Assembly (NCBI GenBank): GCA_030141605.1
Contig: JAQGDQ010000047.1
Coordinates: 310,001 to 374,000, forward strand
Source: Tubiluchus corallicola
Lineage: Eukaryota > Animalia > Priapulida
Reading direction: 5' to 3'
Length of the DNA stretch: 64,000 bases
Shown: positions 40,501 through 57,422 of the stretch, one piece after another
Numbering within the stretch: position 1 is the stretch's first letter
Layout of the letters: each line of letters opens with the position of its first letter
Position numbers and translations under genes: made by a program
Notes under the pieces: model-generated
Told to the model about the DNA's origin: nothing
The model's input: the letters and a program-made list of their open reading frames with translations, nothing else
Database searches by the model: none

Positions 40501-43500
40501 TTTAATTATACCTGTACTTAAATCAGGCTCTTGTCGTGACCCACGTGACTACTGAGGCATTAATCTTTAAATGTAATAGACAAACTTTAAAGTCTTGGCC
40601 ATAACAAGCATAACAAGCTAGAGTCATGGCACAAAAATATGATAGTTATACCTAAAATACAGGCTGGATTTCGATTGAACTACAGAACTGCGTACAACAT
40701 TTTAATCCTAAAATCCATGTTGACAAATATTTAGCAAAAAATGCAAAATTATATTCTTGCTTTGTTGATTTAGACAAGCCATTAATTTGTTTGTCAGAAG
40801 CTGTTTGATATATAAACTATAGCATTAGGAATCAAGGGTAAGGTCTTGTGCATTATTAAAAATCTGTGTACTTGTACAAAAAGTTCTGTAAAAACTGAGT
40901 ATAGAGTCACAGACTATATTTATTTATTTAGGCGTGTTGCAAGGATGTACACTTTTTCCAAAGTTGTTATTATTGTATCTTGGTGATTTAGAAACATTTC
41001 TGTGATTTGATGAAGTAGACCCAGTCTTACTTGTTGTTATTACTTCGTGTTTTTTAATAATTGACGATGGCAGGCAAGATTTGCAGAGCTTGTTAAACCT
41101 TTAAGCAAATATTGCAAGAAATGGAGACTAACAGTAAATGCTTCTAAAGCAAGTATTTTAACATTGGAAAATTGAATATTTTAGTGCCTGTTCAAATGCT
41201 AAACTTGTTAAGCATATATTGCAAGAAATGGAGACTAACAGTAAATGCTTCTAAAACAAAGATTTTAGCATTTGAAAAATTAAATATTGTAGTGGCTGTT
41301 CAAATACTTTTTTATTATGACGGTAATATGTTAGAACACTGTGACGAATATAAGTATCTCAGAATATATTTCAACAAGGCAGTAGATCCCAATGCAACAC
41401 TGCCAAATTTGAGTTAACAGTAAAGCAAAAACGTTTGTATACTTTAATGTCAGTCTAGCGATGTGGTTGTTTAAAATTTACATTAAACCTATCTTGGATC
41501 ATGGATGCGAAGATTGGAGATAGTAAACAATTTGAGAACTTAGAAAGGGCATGCTTAAAATATTACCAATCAGCGTTAGAAGACTCAACCCCTACATCAG
41601 TTCTGTCAGGGGAATTGGGCAATTGTCAATTAAGGTAAGGGTCATTAAGTGTAAGTTACTTTTGGTTTCCTAACCAATAACTAAACTTAGAACAAGTGTC
41701 CACTCATTGCTTATTGAAACCGGACACAATGCAAGATTGCGCATTCTTCAAGACGAGCATGTATGTGCCAAATGCAACAATTTCGGTCACGAATGTCATT
41801 TTCTTTCATATTGCCCTAAACATAACATCACTGATAACTTTTTGTCAATATGATGCAAACTAACTTGTATGATGTTTGTATTATATAATGCTGGTTAATT
41901 TAATTACCTTGGTGAAAACTTGTACTAACACTTCACACTTTGCATGAATGTCACCTATGCATTAAGATCGGCCAAATAATTGTTGTTTTACTAATATTTC
42001 TGTTGTTTTTTCTTTATCTATCCAGCCCTTTTATTTTATTTGTTTCTCACAGTTTTTTGCTGAAAATGGAAGCTTTTACAAGGGAATTCCAAGCAGGTAT
42101 ACCAGCTCCAGTTACTGCTGATAATCCGCACTCTGTTGCTGTGGCATTTATCAAAACACTCAGCATCCAATTTCAGCAAAGTGCCAGTTTAATCAACAAA
42201 CGAAATCTTCAAATTAAAGCAGAGGTAATCTTGCATATCAGTGTAGTGTTGTCACTGTAGTGAGTGTTTTTCTGCACTAGATGATTTTTTATACTAAAAC
42301 GTTTATTAGCCATTGTGCATCTGTAATAAGCCTTTTCATAGTTTCGCTATGCGCACATGCTATTACTGTGGACCAAAGCTTAAGTGTACCATAGTAACGA
42401 GTCTTAACTACAACCGTCACATTACATGTGGGTAAAGCAAAGCCGGTTGCCACGTTGGTTCAGTAATGTCAGTCGTTTTATGTTTTAATTATGCATTAGT
42501 CTATGCATATAGTGATTTACTAGCAAGAGTTTGCTTGAGAACAAGAAACATGAACTAGGTAAGATTCTCGCTAGCTATTAAAACATGTTAAAATTATTAC
42601 TATTACATTAGTATGGGCTGTAAGGCATTATCAAGTGTGTACAAATGCGTTGTTTGGTACACTTAACCTTTGACCTTTTCACGATCATCAATCGCTGGAG
42701 CTGTGAAAAGGCTTATTATGCATTATAATTACATATGTTTGTTTGCATTTTCCAAAGATGACACATTATCCAGAACAAACAAGTTGTATCGAAAAACTTG
42801 ACATCACCGATTTGTCTGCATCAGCTATTCAGTCATATTATTCAAGTACTGTGGTGTACTATGGAAATTATTTTAAAGAATTCGTAATAATATATCATAC
42901 ACTGTTTTTCATATTTTATTACAGGGCTACTTTGGTGGTTTAATTAAACACATAAATCAGGTGCTCAAATCTAATAATTCTGCTGAATTAAAAACAATGT
43001 ACTGGGTAACTGGAAGATTGGTGAAAAACTGTGCAGGTTTATTGTATATTAGAGTAAGTTCTGCTGCTTATGTTTCGTTGTATTCGTTTGTTATAATTTT
43101 AGTTAGTAGTAGTAATTATCAAAATAATGATCTAACTGTCTTTTTAAAAAAGGTGCCAATTTTTGCAACACCATGTGTTAAAGACTTAACTGCAAATCCC
43201 TCGGGTATCACCATCATGCAGTAAATATAATCATTTTCTTTCTCATAAATTTCAATTGCTTAGTAAATTCTATCCCATAATGCAACACAAGAAACAATAT
43301 GAGATGTGCGAATGTTCTGGAAAACGTCATTGTTCGGTTGTTCGTGGAAGATGTCAGACGTTAATTTTTTTCTCTCCGCATTTATGTGTGTTAAGGAATA
43401 AGTTATTTAAGAATAATTAGTAAAGGATTCATTTCGGAGGTCTTTAAGTTCGTTATGATGGATAGTTCATCGAAGGCAAAAGAGCGTACTTCTAATTCTA

Positions 43501-46500
43501 GCGCTAGCTTGAAAGAGCAAAAATCTACTGCTAATCTCTTAAAAGAGAAAAATTCTTGCACTAGCAAACCGATTAAGGACAAGCATACTGTACTCTTCAG
43601 CACCTAGTGTTACTAAAACCGGTCCTGGCAACCCTTTGGGAAAATGATCATATATCTAGTTCATATTTAAATGACATTTTTCTAGTAAGGGGTAAAAAAT
43701 GCCTTAACGTAAAGGAATCATTATCAGTGTTTTCAAACTATCTAAAAACTGTTACTACAGCTGAATCATTGCCTCTGAAAGAATTAACTATGAAACTAGT
43801 AAACTGGGGCAAGGTGCTAGACTATTAAATCTATGGAAACAGATCAAATAACACTTGGAAAATGTTCCATAAAATGTAGTATTGGGAATCTGATAAAACA
43901 GTCAGCTCCAGGCAAAAGGCAACCTCAGCTTCTTCTGCCAGCTTTTCCGACAGATAGGTGCTTGTATGTTTTCACATACATCAAAGCATATCTAGATAGA
44001 ACTAGGACAATGAGATCGGATAATGCGCTTTTTATCAGTTTTACCAAGCCGCATGAAGCTGTTACATCCTCTACTATAGCTAAAATCTGTGTTAGCTTAG
44101 GCAGGTATTGACATCAGTGGTTTTAAGGCTCATAGTGTGCGATGCGCTTCAGTAAGTGCTGCTTGTGTGCCTACAGACGAAATTATGAAAACGGCAGGCT
44201 GGTCAAATTGTTCTATTTTTGCAAAATATTATAACAAATCTGTTTTACCTTCTACTGTGTATGGAAAATCTATTGTAGAAACCGCTTTGTGAACTATATT
44301 GTTTGATAGTTGAATTTGGATTGTTAAGTTGCAATTTATATGCAGCTAATTATTTGATTAGTAATAGTGTATTTGGTTTAATGTTTACCATTATTCTTCA
44401 CTTTCTATAATTCTTGTTACTGCCTATTGCTGCTTATTATAGGCAAATGTATGTTTTCTAAACCTTTTTTCGATTGGAAGGGAAAATTCAGTTTTAATTG
44501 AAGAATACATGTATTTTGGTGCACCCACCGACTGAATTTGAACTAGATCTTAGAATCAGGTCGCTGTTATCTAGATAAATAATCCTTTGGGTTCATTACT
44601 TAATTGTGGATTTTATTTATGTGCCTGATCAAAATATGCACGGAATAAGACATTTGAGAAATAGCTATAATTTTTCAACAATATATTCATAACAACAGTT
44701 CAATACAGTTGGAAAATTTTTACTACATTATGTGTTCATCCTGATCATTTGAGTTTTTGCATTATCTTGGCGAGGGCTTGAATAGTCGACCCATGTGGGT
44801 TTTAAAGTCTCATATTGTTTCTTGTGCTACATTATTAAATAGAATTTGCAAATTAAACAAGCCTTACCTGTAAGGTGAAGTTTGATTATAATTCTATCCC
44901 ATAATGTTTAGCACAAGAGACAATGCTCTCCCTGATTTGAGTATCCTCTCCCCAAAAATTTTTTCATTCACTGATTGGCCACATGAGCCTCCTATGTTAA
45001 AGTATGACATTTTCCAGAACATTCGCACATCTCGTTTTGTCTCTTGTGCTAAACATTATGGGATAGAATTATAATCAAACTTTACCTCACAGGTAAGGCT
45101 TGTTTAATTTACAAATTAAATGCAACTGCAGTGTAAAAATAATGAAGAGGTGAATAAAACAAAATGTTGACATAATGGGACATGAATGATAAATTACATG
45201 CCGCATGAAAACATATGATAAAGATTTAATGTGCAGTTGTACTGTAAAGTATTAATAAAAACTAATCAGAGTGCGAAACATTAGGTCTTTCGCTTATGAG
45301 TTTTTTCTGCTAACTGCCTTGGTATGTTATTTCATGGACAACAAGAACAACAAGACCAGCATCATGGTGAAATAAAACCCTGTATAGAATTACTTTGCAA
45401 GCGAGTAACCCAAAAACTTTAATACATAAACATTTGTCATCATAAACAAATATTTTTCTGTGACATTATCGTCCTACATTACATATGTTTAACTATTCAA
45501 ATATTTTTTCTACTCCTAATATTTGAATCAACAAATTTTTGCTTTTACATATGTTTATAGTCAAATCCTGGCTGTATATTTCCAAAGTTGATCGACAGAA
45601 TGATAGTTCCTCACAGTGTTCTCAAAGACAAGTCATTTGTTCATTCCGGGATGACAGAAGCTATTAGAGACAATTTATGTTTGGTAAGGTTTGCTTGTTT
45701 GTAAACCATTGTCTTTTCACAGAGAAAAGAATTATTTGATAACATTTTGTTCTTAGGTTCATTTTTTCTAAACGTTTTGATTAGTAATAAATTACTATGT
45801 ACTGTATTGTTTTATAGTCTGGAAGCTCAATGATTAATCTACTGAAAGAATATAATATAAAAGATCTAATAAGTCATACCCAAAAGTATATTACTGGCTG
45901 GTTAGAGATATGGAAAAAAGTGGCATTATTTATTGGAAGAGGCCATTGATTAAGCATTATGTATTGGTTTTTAAGTAGTTAGTTTAGTGTTAAACCACAG
46001 CTGCAACCAGCCAGCAATACATTTTTGGGCATGGTTCATCTGAATACATGTACAGTCGAATCCTGGTAATACGATTTTCATGGGACAAAAATATTTTTCG
46101 TTGTAAACGTGTTGCGCACTATCCATTATATTTTTACTATAAGTCATATGCTTCCTCTAATGTAAAATAGCAATAACTAACTGATGTCAGTAGTGTCTAC
46201 CGGCAATTATTTAACCCTGCGTTACCGGAACTATTTCCGTTAGATAACCAAGCCATTAGCACTAGTTAGCTTATTGCTGGCGGCCTCTTTGCCGAGATAT
46301 GCTGACCACTGTGTTTCACATAGGGTTGATACCTGGTTGCCAGTACTGCATAAATTGCACTTACCTCCTAGAAACAACCTTGTAAACTAAAGCTATTTAA
46401 GTTTAGGGCTGGAGCTAAATGAGAGAAATTTATAAACATTAGAAATACCATTGGAATTTCAAGACAATTTGATGCCAGAGAGAGAAAAAGCGAGAGACGG

Positions 46501-48181
46501 ATAGAAAAGGAGAGAGATAGAGAAAATAGACATGTGGTGTAATTGTCATTAAATCCCCATTGTTTTTTTCTTTACATTTTATTCATGTTAGTTTTTAAGT
46601 GATTAATTATATTGCTCAACTTGTTTTTTGGGGTCAAAACAACCAACTATAAGTTATGGTCACTCTCGCAACAATCAGAGTTTGTCTACTGTCTAGATGG
46701 GGAAGTACTAGGCAGCTTAAATTACAAATTTTTAGAACAAGTCATTGATCAATAATCATCAGACTGCAAATCATATTACAAGTGTGTGTTTATGTTATCA
46801 CATCAAAGATACTGGTGAGACTTTGGGAAAACATCGTACAATGGGGTTTTATAGTGACAGGTTTCGTATTAACCATACGCGATTACATAGGTTTTATTAT
46901 AACCTTGGCAGGGACATAATAAAATCATCATACTACTGAGTTTCGTTATAAGCCAAATCATATTACCGGGATTCGACTGTACTTCTTTCATGTGAAAATG
47001 TACTTAATTCTAGTGTGTATTTCACGTTACTTCCCAACTCCAAGGCTTATTTATTATTTTTCATTACATTAAAGTTTTGTTGTAAAGTTTTACACCTATC
47101 AAGCAGGCACATTTCACTTTTTCTAGTTTCTGCTTGGATTTGGTCAGTTGGATGTAGCAAAAGATCCATATGTATCGAGGCGTTTAGGTGATATAATAAA
47201 GGTGTATTTGAACAGATTTCCTATGGTAAGTATATGTCCTTCTCAGTAAAACTAATTATCAAGTCAGATAATGCATTGTTGCATTGCAGGCACAGCTGTA
47301 AATGTGTATGTGCTTAGAAATGACAATGCTTTAGATCAACTGTTACTACTAGTTCATTTTTGGCTTTGGAGAACATCTCATTTTTCAGAGTTTTGTCGGC
47401 ATTACAGCTGACTTTGAACAAAAAAAAGTGAACAAAAAAATACAAAAAAAACGTTTTGCCCATTCAAAATCAAATCAAATCTGTTTAAAACATGCAGACA
47501 TGACATGGCAAAAGCAAAATATATTAGATCTCTTGGTAAATGATCAATACATAAAAACATCACATGTAGCATGCAGAACATAGTGAAATAGGGCTTGTCC
47601 CTATAATTATAAGAGTCTGTATTTTTGGTATTGTTGTTTCTCTGAACAATTAAGTTTTTCATCAGTTTTTTTTTACTCTGTACATGCATTACTCAAAGCA
47701 ACAAAATTATTGGTGGTAGCCAGTAAAAATGTGAGTTGTTCTTGTCAACACAACCATCTTACAGCCTACTTCTACCTAAACACTGTAACTCTACAGGGGC
47801 ACATTAGTAGAGACTTCTTAGCTAAATAACTGTGAGATGTTGCTTCCCTGGATCAGATGGCCCAACAGCACGACACTGCATTCATCAGTACAGTATAAAA
47901 TTGAAAATTCAAGTGCTTCTTATAGCCCCGATTGGAGAATAAGCTAATCGTCAAAAACAATAAGTTGCCAGTAATACTGCCACTGCTTTTGTCAGTTAAT
48001 TAAAGTTTGCTTTTCTTTTCAGCAATCTAGCAACAGAATTCATCCATTTCAAGAAGTACTCAAGCACAAGCTTTGTACAAATGTTCTGAAGCAATTTATT
48101 ATGGCCCATATTGCACAGATGGATCGAACAATGTACCAAAAGTGCTTAGCTGTCACGCAGAAATTACCAGAAATGAGTTGA
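27464..48181 (+). CDS. MMS22L: MMS22-like DNA repair protein (TONSL partner), ~1022 aa, 25 coding exons
   Basis: Phase-consistent exons: 27464-27557, 28309-28396, 29019-29147, 31648-31770, 32053-32185, 32373-32466, 33105-33244, 33448-33549, 33958-34036, 34300-34430, 34980-35153, 35494-35606, 36044-36130, 36348-36459, 36628-36800, 37168-37277 (GC donor), 37621-37705, 38425-38586, 39288-39368, 40080-40256, 42053-42224, 42925-43053, 45561-45683, 47127-47225, 48023-48181 (total 3069 nt). Recognised motifs: SITPPLSP, FHMHLD, CSCIQELWILIIKLLD, SFW, GFIWW, LWDFFSKKLN, WKKLKGRFFSKFHQRKIQQLTETGWNNVFNLFLTLA, CREQELR, AWFRC. Confidence 0.9.
28439..28896. mobile_element. Possible old MITE in MMS22L intron 2
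   Basis: Imperfect inverted ends (TAGAGTTCTCTGGATTGGAGC versus reverse complement CAATGTTCTGATAATTTGGAGC). No TSD seen. Confidence 0.3.
29426..30391 (-). mobile_element. Non-autonomous Tc1/mariner (pogo/Tigger-like) element, copy B, complete
   Basis: TA|CAGTAGGTGTCGCATAATAGACTCAC ... GTGAGTCTTTTAAGTGGCACTTACTG|TA, with a TA TSD on both sides. It is an inverted copy of 15600-16512. Confidence 0.88.
34521..34568. repeat. (GT)n/(GCGT)n microsatellite
   Basis: Visible directly; an alternating purine-pyrimidine tract. Confidence 0.95.
34602..34850. mobile_element. MITE (PIF/Harbinger-like ends)
   Basis: Inverted ends TGTTCAGACTAGAGAG ... CTCGCTAGTCTGAATA, with internal AACTC(G/A)C subrepeats. 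TSD unclear. Confidence 0.55.
40350..41980 (+). mobile_element. Highly decayed LINE RT fragment (RTE-X-like) in an MMS22L intron, with a ~108-bp internal tandem duplication
   Basis: Fragmentary motifs IPVLKSG, IQAGFR, LYSCFVD, GVLQGC, YCKKWRLTVNASKTKI, YKYL and C-terminal H.LLIETG...C..C....E.HFL..CP. Segment ~41090-41197 is repeated at ~41198-41305. Confidence 0.8.
43265..45117 (+). mobile_element. Internally deleted DIRS1-type tyrosine-recombinase retrotransposon with both ITRs and the ICR
   Basis: The left ITR (43265-43331) is inverted at 45004-45070, with a right extension to 45117. An ICR at ~44806-44924 is complementary to both ends. Coding relics: RT (LLKPVLATL...SSYLNDI) and YR (TGARC*TI; KQSAPG; LFISF.KPH..V.SSTIAK; AGID...FKAHSVR.AS; EIMKTAGWSN...FAKYYNK). 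Confidence 0.92.
46053..46979. mobile_element. Non-autonomous Tc1/mariner (pogo/Tigger-like) element of a second family
   Basis: TA|CAGTCGAATCCTGGTAATACGATT ... AATCATATTACCGGGATTCGACTG|TA: 24-bp TIR (22/24) and a TA TSD. Confidence 0.88.
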
Positions 48182-48294
48182 AAAATTTGTTGTAAACATA
48201 AACTGATTGTTAAAATTTTGTTTTAGGTAAATGCCAAGTATTTGACAGCTTAATATTGCAGATGGCTAATATTTAAATCGGAAAATGCGTTAAT

Positions 48295-49450
48295 AGTCGA
48301 ACCGAATGTTAGCTAAAAATTTTGCAATCTTAGACAATGCTAGAAGTTTGGATATGGAGCCAGTCAGATATCATCCAATATGGCTGCCATTTTCAAGATA
48401 TCTGACAAGATGGATACCACTTGCATATAAGGGCCATTCATACCTGTTAGAGCAGATAAATAAATGATTCTGTGTATAAATAATGATTTTCAAGGTCAAG
48501 AAATCCACATCTGATGCTTAAAGCACCTATGATGTCACCTCATTCAGAATTTCGAGTTTTGTCTGTAGTTCGTGCAAATGTTAGCTGTGTGTATTGGGTG
48601 TTCTACTGCAGATAGGGTAGCGATTCTAATGTTTAGATATAGATTTAAAGACCAAAGAATTGGTAGTATCCAGTTTGGCCGCCATTTTCACGATAACCAG
48701 CAAGATGGCTGTTGTAAAAATCGCTGTAGTGTAAGATTAGAAACTTTCGTTTTTAAGGAAAAATGTCCTACATTTTTGAAAAGTAAAGTACGACCCTTGA
48801 GTACTATGCAGTCAGGGACTGAAATTTGCCGTTAATCGTAATGACATCTGTTAATCATAGGTCAAAAATTTTTCTTTGACATACTTTGAGCTATGCTAAA
48901 AATAGCTGCTGTCACCCTGCCTTTCCCTTTGAGTCGTTCTTAAATAAGTTTTCTCCAAAATCATTATTTAAAGACTTTCTTTATTTATTCTTTATCCTGT
49001 ATGATGTAAAATACATTTTCCCAAAGTTGAACTATGTGCTCACATTGTGGTTTAAATTGATTTGGGGATATTTTAGCCCGCTTTTACAAATGGTTTTAAT
49101 TTAAAAACTTAAAAGTGATCTCCATGGTCAAATTCATTATTTAAGAGCCACATTATTAAATTCTATATTCAGCAAGAATGAAGAACATTTTTGCAAACTT
49201 TCAATGTTGTGCTCAAAGAGTAGTCTAAATTGATTTTATGGGGTACTTTAGGGGCAACCCTATGTAAATAACTTATTTGCAAACGTTTAATCTCCTCGGC
49301 AAATTTCATTATTTTTAAGAGCCACCGATTTTTACCAAATGTGTTGAACATCGGCAGCCATATGGGACAATTTTCGAATGGCCCCATAACCAAAATGAGC
49401 AATCACTTTAATGCACCACTCTGCTGCACAATTAATCTAAATTGTAAGTT
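48295..49450. mobile_element. Unclassified DNA-transposon relic(s) between the MMS22L and tubulin 3' ends
   Basis: Repeated ATGGCTGCCATTTT / GCCGCCATTTT / AAGATGGC motifs typical of MITE subterminal regions. Ends not resolved. Confidence 0.35.
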
Positions 49451-49838
49451 TAAAAATGTTGGTCAGCTTGTACCTCTCAACGACATGTTATCAGTGGATA
49501 AGAAAAACGCTTCATGCAATACACTATATAAACTACATGCGATGTGTAAAATTAGAAAACTATTTGGAGTTTCACCGAATAGCACATGTAATTCTTTTCT
49601 CCCAAAGAAATACTGAAGAAACCTTTGAATTTACAGTTTTATTTTTCTTTTGTAAACCATCAAAAAGTATAAAACTAAATATTTTGAAACTCTGAATACT
49701 ATGCTAAAACTTAAGTGACAGTAAGTTAAAAAATTAAAATGACACTGCTTATTTGTTCCAATACTTAAGGGGATTATTTTGAACATATATATATGAATTC
49801 TGAATATTAGAATTACAAAACAAATATTATAATCTTTC

Positions 49839-54693
<4,855 letters not shown>

Positions 54694-54779
54694 TTTGTTT
54701 GATTTCAAGTACTTATTTTAGTAAACTTTAGCAATTTTATAGCAAAATTTGCTCACAATAACCTCCTTCGGCGGTTGGC

Positions 54780-54885
54780 GAGACGAAACTGATTGGAACA
54801 CGTGTTCGATTGTTCTTTTTTTAAATGTGAATTGTCTCATTCCCATCTATACCAATCCGGGGGCGACAACTACTGACGTTTTCCC
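54780..54885 (-). promoter_or_regulatory. Probable alpha-tubulin proximal promoter
   Basis: CpG-enriched sequence just 5' of exon 1, with CCAAT boxes (ATTGG 54792, CCAAT 54852), an E-box CACGTG (54799) and a CRE-like TGACGT (54874). Confidence 0.5.
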
Positions 54886-55695
54886 GCTGTCGGTAACTAT
54901 GGTTACAGATTAAGGCTATATGGCCTTGGCCTTATAGGTATTCTGGCGAAACTTTTTTTGCTCAAGCCGTGGATGACGCAGACACTTGATGAAGCGCTAG
55001 CGTACAGAGAGATTGCTGGTTTATGCATAGAGCAATACTTCGAACGTGCGACGCTGAAGGGCACCATGTTGTTGGGCAAAGGCAACTTGCCAACATGTAT
55101 TTTCAATGTCGTTTCGTGTATATTATATTTTTACCGCTAAAAGAAATTTAAAATAACGTTTTTGTTTTTTTCTGACTGCAGTAATAGAGGTCTTCCAGTA
55201 ACCGTCAAAAATATAGGCTCATCTATGTATTAGGTCTGTATTTAATGATATTATTGCAGCCATTTCTAGCGAAATTCATTTACAATTCTAATACAATTTG
55301 TTATTTCGCTTCCGTATTAGACTAGTTTTATGTTAGTAGACAATTAATTAATTACTGTAATATGACGGAATTTCAGTATAAGGACTTCAAACAAAATATG
55401 TAAATTGTTTAAACTCTATCTGATTAATTGTTTATAGGCAGCCAAGTGATTACGGGATATAACCTCGATGTTCAATCACCAAATTTAATGTACACTAACA
55501 CAAAACAGTGTTGGATTACTATAAAGAAATCAACACTTCCGTAGGTTTATTGAAAGTAAGGTTGCGTTCACGTCATAAAATTCTAAGGATGTAAATGAAC
55601 AGTGAAATTTGTTGATTGTAGCAAAATAAAGCTCTTAATAAACTGACAAAAACGGTTTTCCAATCAGCATTTATACAGTTAATTTATGAGCAATA

Positions 55696-56177
55696 TGCAG
55701 GGTGTGCACAAAGTAAAGCCCCACTCCCAAGGTAATGATGGGGTAGTAAGAACTAAGAAGGCAAGTTAGTGGGAGGCGCCTCAGACTGTAGTTCACCAGC
55801 AGTCCTGTGTCTTTTTACTGGAAAACCCAAGCTTCACTTCAAGGAGTTAATGATCAGCGTGCGGCAAACAGTTAATGTTCCTCCACAGATTATAAAATGT
55901 AACAATGATACGTCTCGCCGACAACCTCAGCTCTGCGCAGAATAAGTCAGACTCTGCATACATCAACACTACGGCAAATGACAGTCTGTTCCATACCAAA
56001 ATACGGCTTTGCAGCTCAGATTGAGGTATGTAGGATAGTTGACTGTGACAGTGGGTCTAATCTGCCAACATCACTAACTACAGCTAGATCAAGCTAATCA
56101 CAGTCGGCTCCAAAAACACGTTTATGTTATTACCAACATTCATTCACTGCTTTTTATTAACATGGCTGTTTTTAACA
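55696..56177 (+). mobile_element. Possible BEL/Pao LTR-retrotransposon 3' relic (end of pol + ~300-bp LTR)
   Basis: Peptide relics GNDGVVRT and PAVLCLLLE resemble the BEL/Pao pol C-terminus (G.DG.VR...RP..KL..L). They are followed by a TGTT(55876)...ATTAAA...AACA(56177) segment. Confidence 0.35.
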
Positions 56178-57017
56178 TCCAAAACGTAAGCAGCTCTCTA
56201 CCTGAACTAACTTTTCTAGGTCACCTATTCTAGCTTCCGCTCACTATACATGTACACTGTCAAGGTGTACCTGCATTACATATCTAAAACTCCAAGCAGA
56301 TGTGCCATACAAGCGAAATTTATTCGAAGATACACACATCTTGGTGAACATTCATCTATGATGATCTTTTGGTAATTCAATCCCTAACAGGAAGTTAGTT
56401 GGTACAAAGGAAAATGAAGGTTTTGGTCTAGTACCCCCATCAACTAAGTCAAAAATGGATCTGCCTTCAGTTAGTTTAATAAAAGTCCTGGATAAGAGAG
56501 TGATAGCCATCTAGTGGAAAAATAAGTAAAAAATGATGCAACAGAAATTAATCAACTTAAATAAGCAAATGATAGCAGACATCTTACAGTTGCTAACCAG
56601 CATTTTTAATTTATATTACTGGTGTAACTATTCTGCTAAAATAAATAAATCTAAATGTAATCTAAAAATAGTTTGTAATGCTCTGTTTATCAAATTTGCA
56701 GGACACTGAGGGGAAATTTACAAACATATTCACTCAGGAAAAATTGTAGTCCATGTATAGAAATTAAACAGCAGGTAATTTTTCACAACTTGAAAAAAAC
56801 AGTCCACCGTTATGTGACTTGACCTAATAAGAGAAAACCAGCTTAAAAAAGTAGTCAATTAGCGGTTAATTAAGTTTCTAGTGACCCTAAACATATCTGA
56901 TTTTTTATGCTATCTCGCAAAGATGCCTTGCTATGGAACACCTTTGTTTCTGTGCACCGTTTTCTGTAAGTTTTAAGCTGGACACTGAGAAAGAGCTATC
57001 CTCCGTAAAGAAGAGTA

Positions 57018-57215
57018 CACTGTTGAAAAGAAGTTGTTTACAGGGTTTAGAAAGGTTTTCTTAGTGTCCCTAATGAAAACCTTTAAGAGTTTATCGGGAA
57101 AACCCTACATTTAAAAACTCTTTCTAAGGGGTTTTCTTCAAGGAAACTTTTTACAGAAAACCTCACATGAAATTTTTTTCACAAAGAAACTTGTTTAGAA
57201 AATTTTTCTGCAGTG
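57018..57215. mobile_element. CACTG-ended MITE (CMC/EnSpm-like)
   Basis: CACTGTTGAAAA ... TTTTCTGCAGTG ends with internal inverted GGTTTTC/GAAAACC subrepeats. No TSD seen. Confidence 0.5.
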
Positions 57216-57218
57216 GCT

Positions 57219-57422
57219 GAATAAACACATAATTTTGAATTTTGAAAGCAAATTTGCTCCACAATAGAAATTTATATGAAAAATTTGGAACGCACCCTAG
57301 ATTTGAACCAGATCTTGAAAACGAGATGCCTTTGGTTCAAATCCAGACTGTTTTTCCCGAATTTTCCATATTTCCTGTGTTGGAGCAAATTTAGTTTCAA
57401 ATTCAACAATTGTGATTTATTC
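57219..57422. repeat. ~200-bp imperfect palindrome with an inverted B-box-like motif in each arm
   Basis: The arm GAATAAA..AATT.TGAATT.GAAA..AAATTTGCTCC...GATTTGAACCA is mirrored by TGGTTCAAATC...GGAGCAAATTT..TTTCAAATTCA..AATT...TTTATTC. It is followed by (TAA)5. Confidence 0.8.

Noticed and set aside
43833-44290. Phage-integrase-like ORF suggesting a prophage or horizontal transfer
   Set aside because: It is the tyrosine recombinase of a DIRS retrotransposon, as shown by the flanking ITR/ICR structure and RT relic.
45818-45949. Exon-like open frame after a tag acceptor in an MMS22L intron
   Set aside because: The flanking exons join in phase and align without it, the frame ends in a stop, and there is no good donor.
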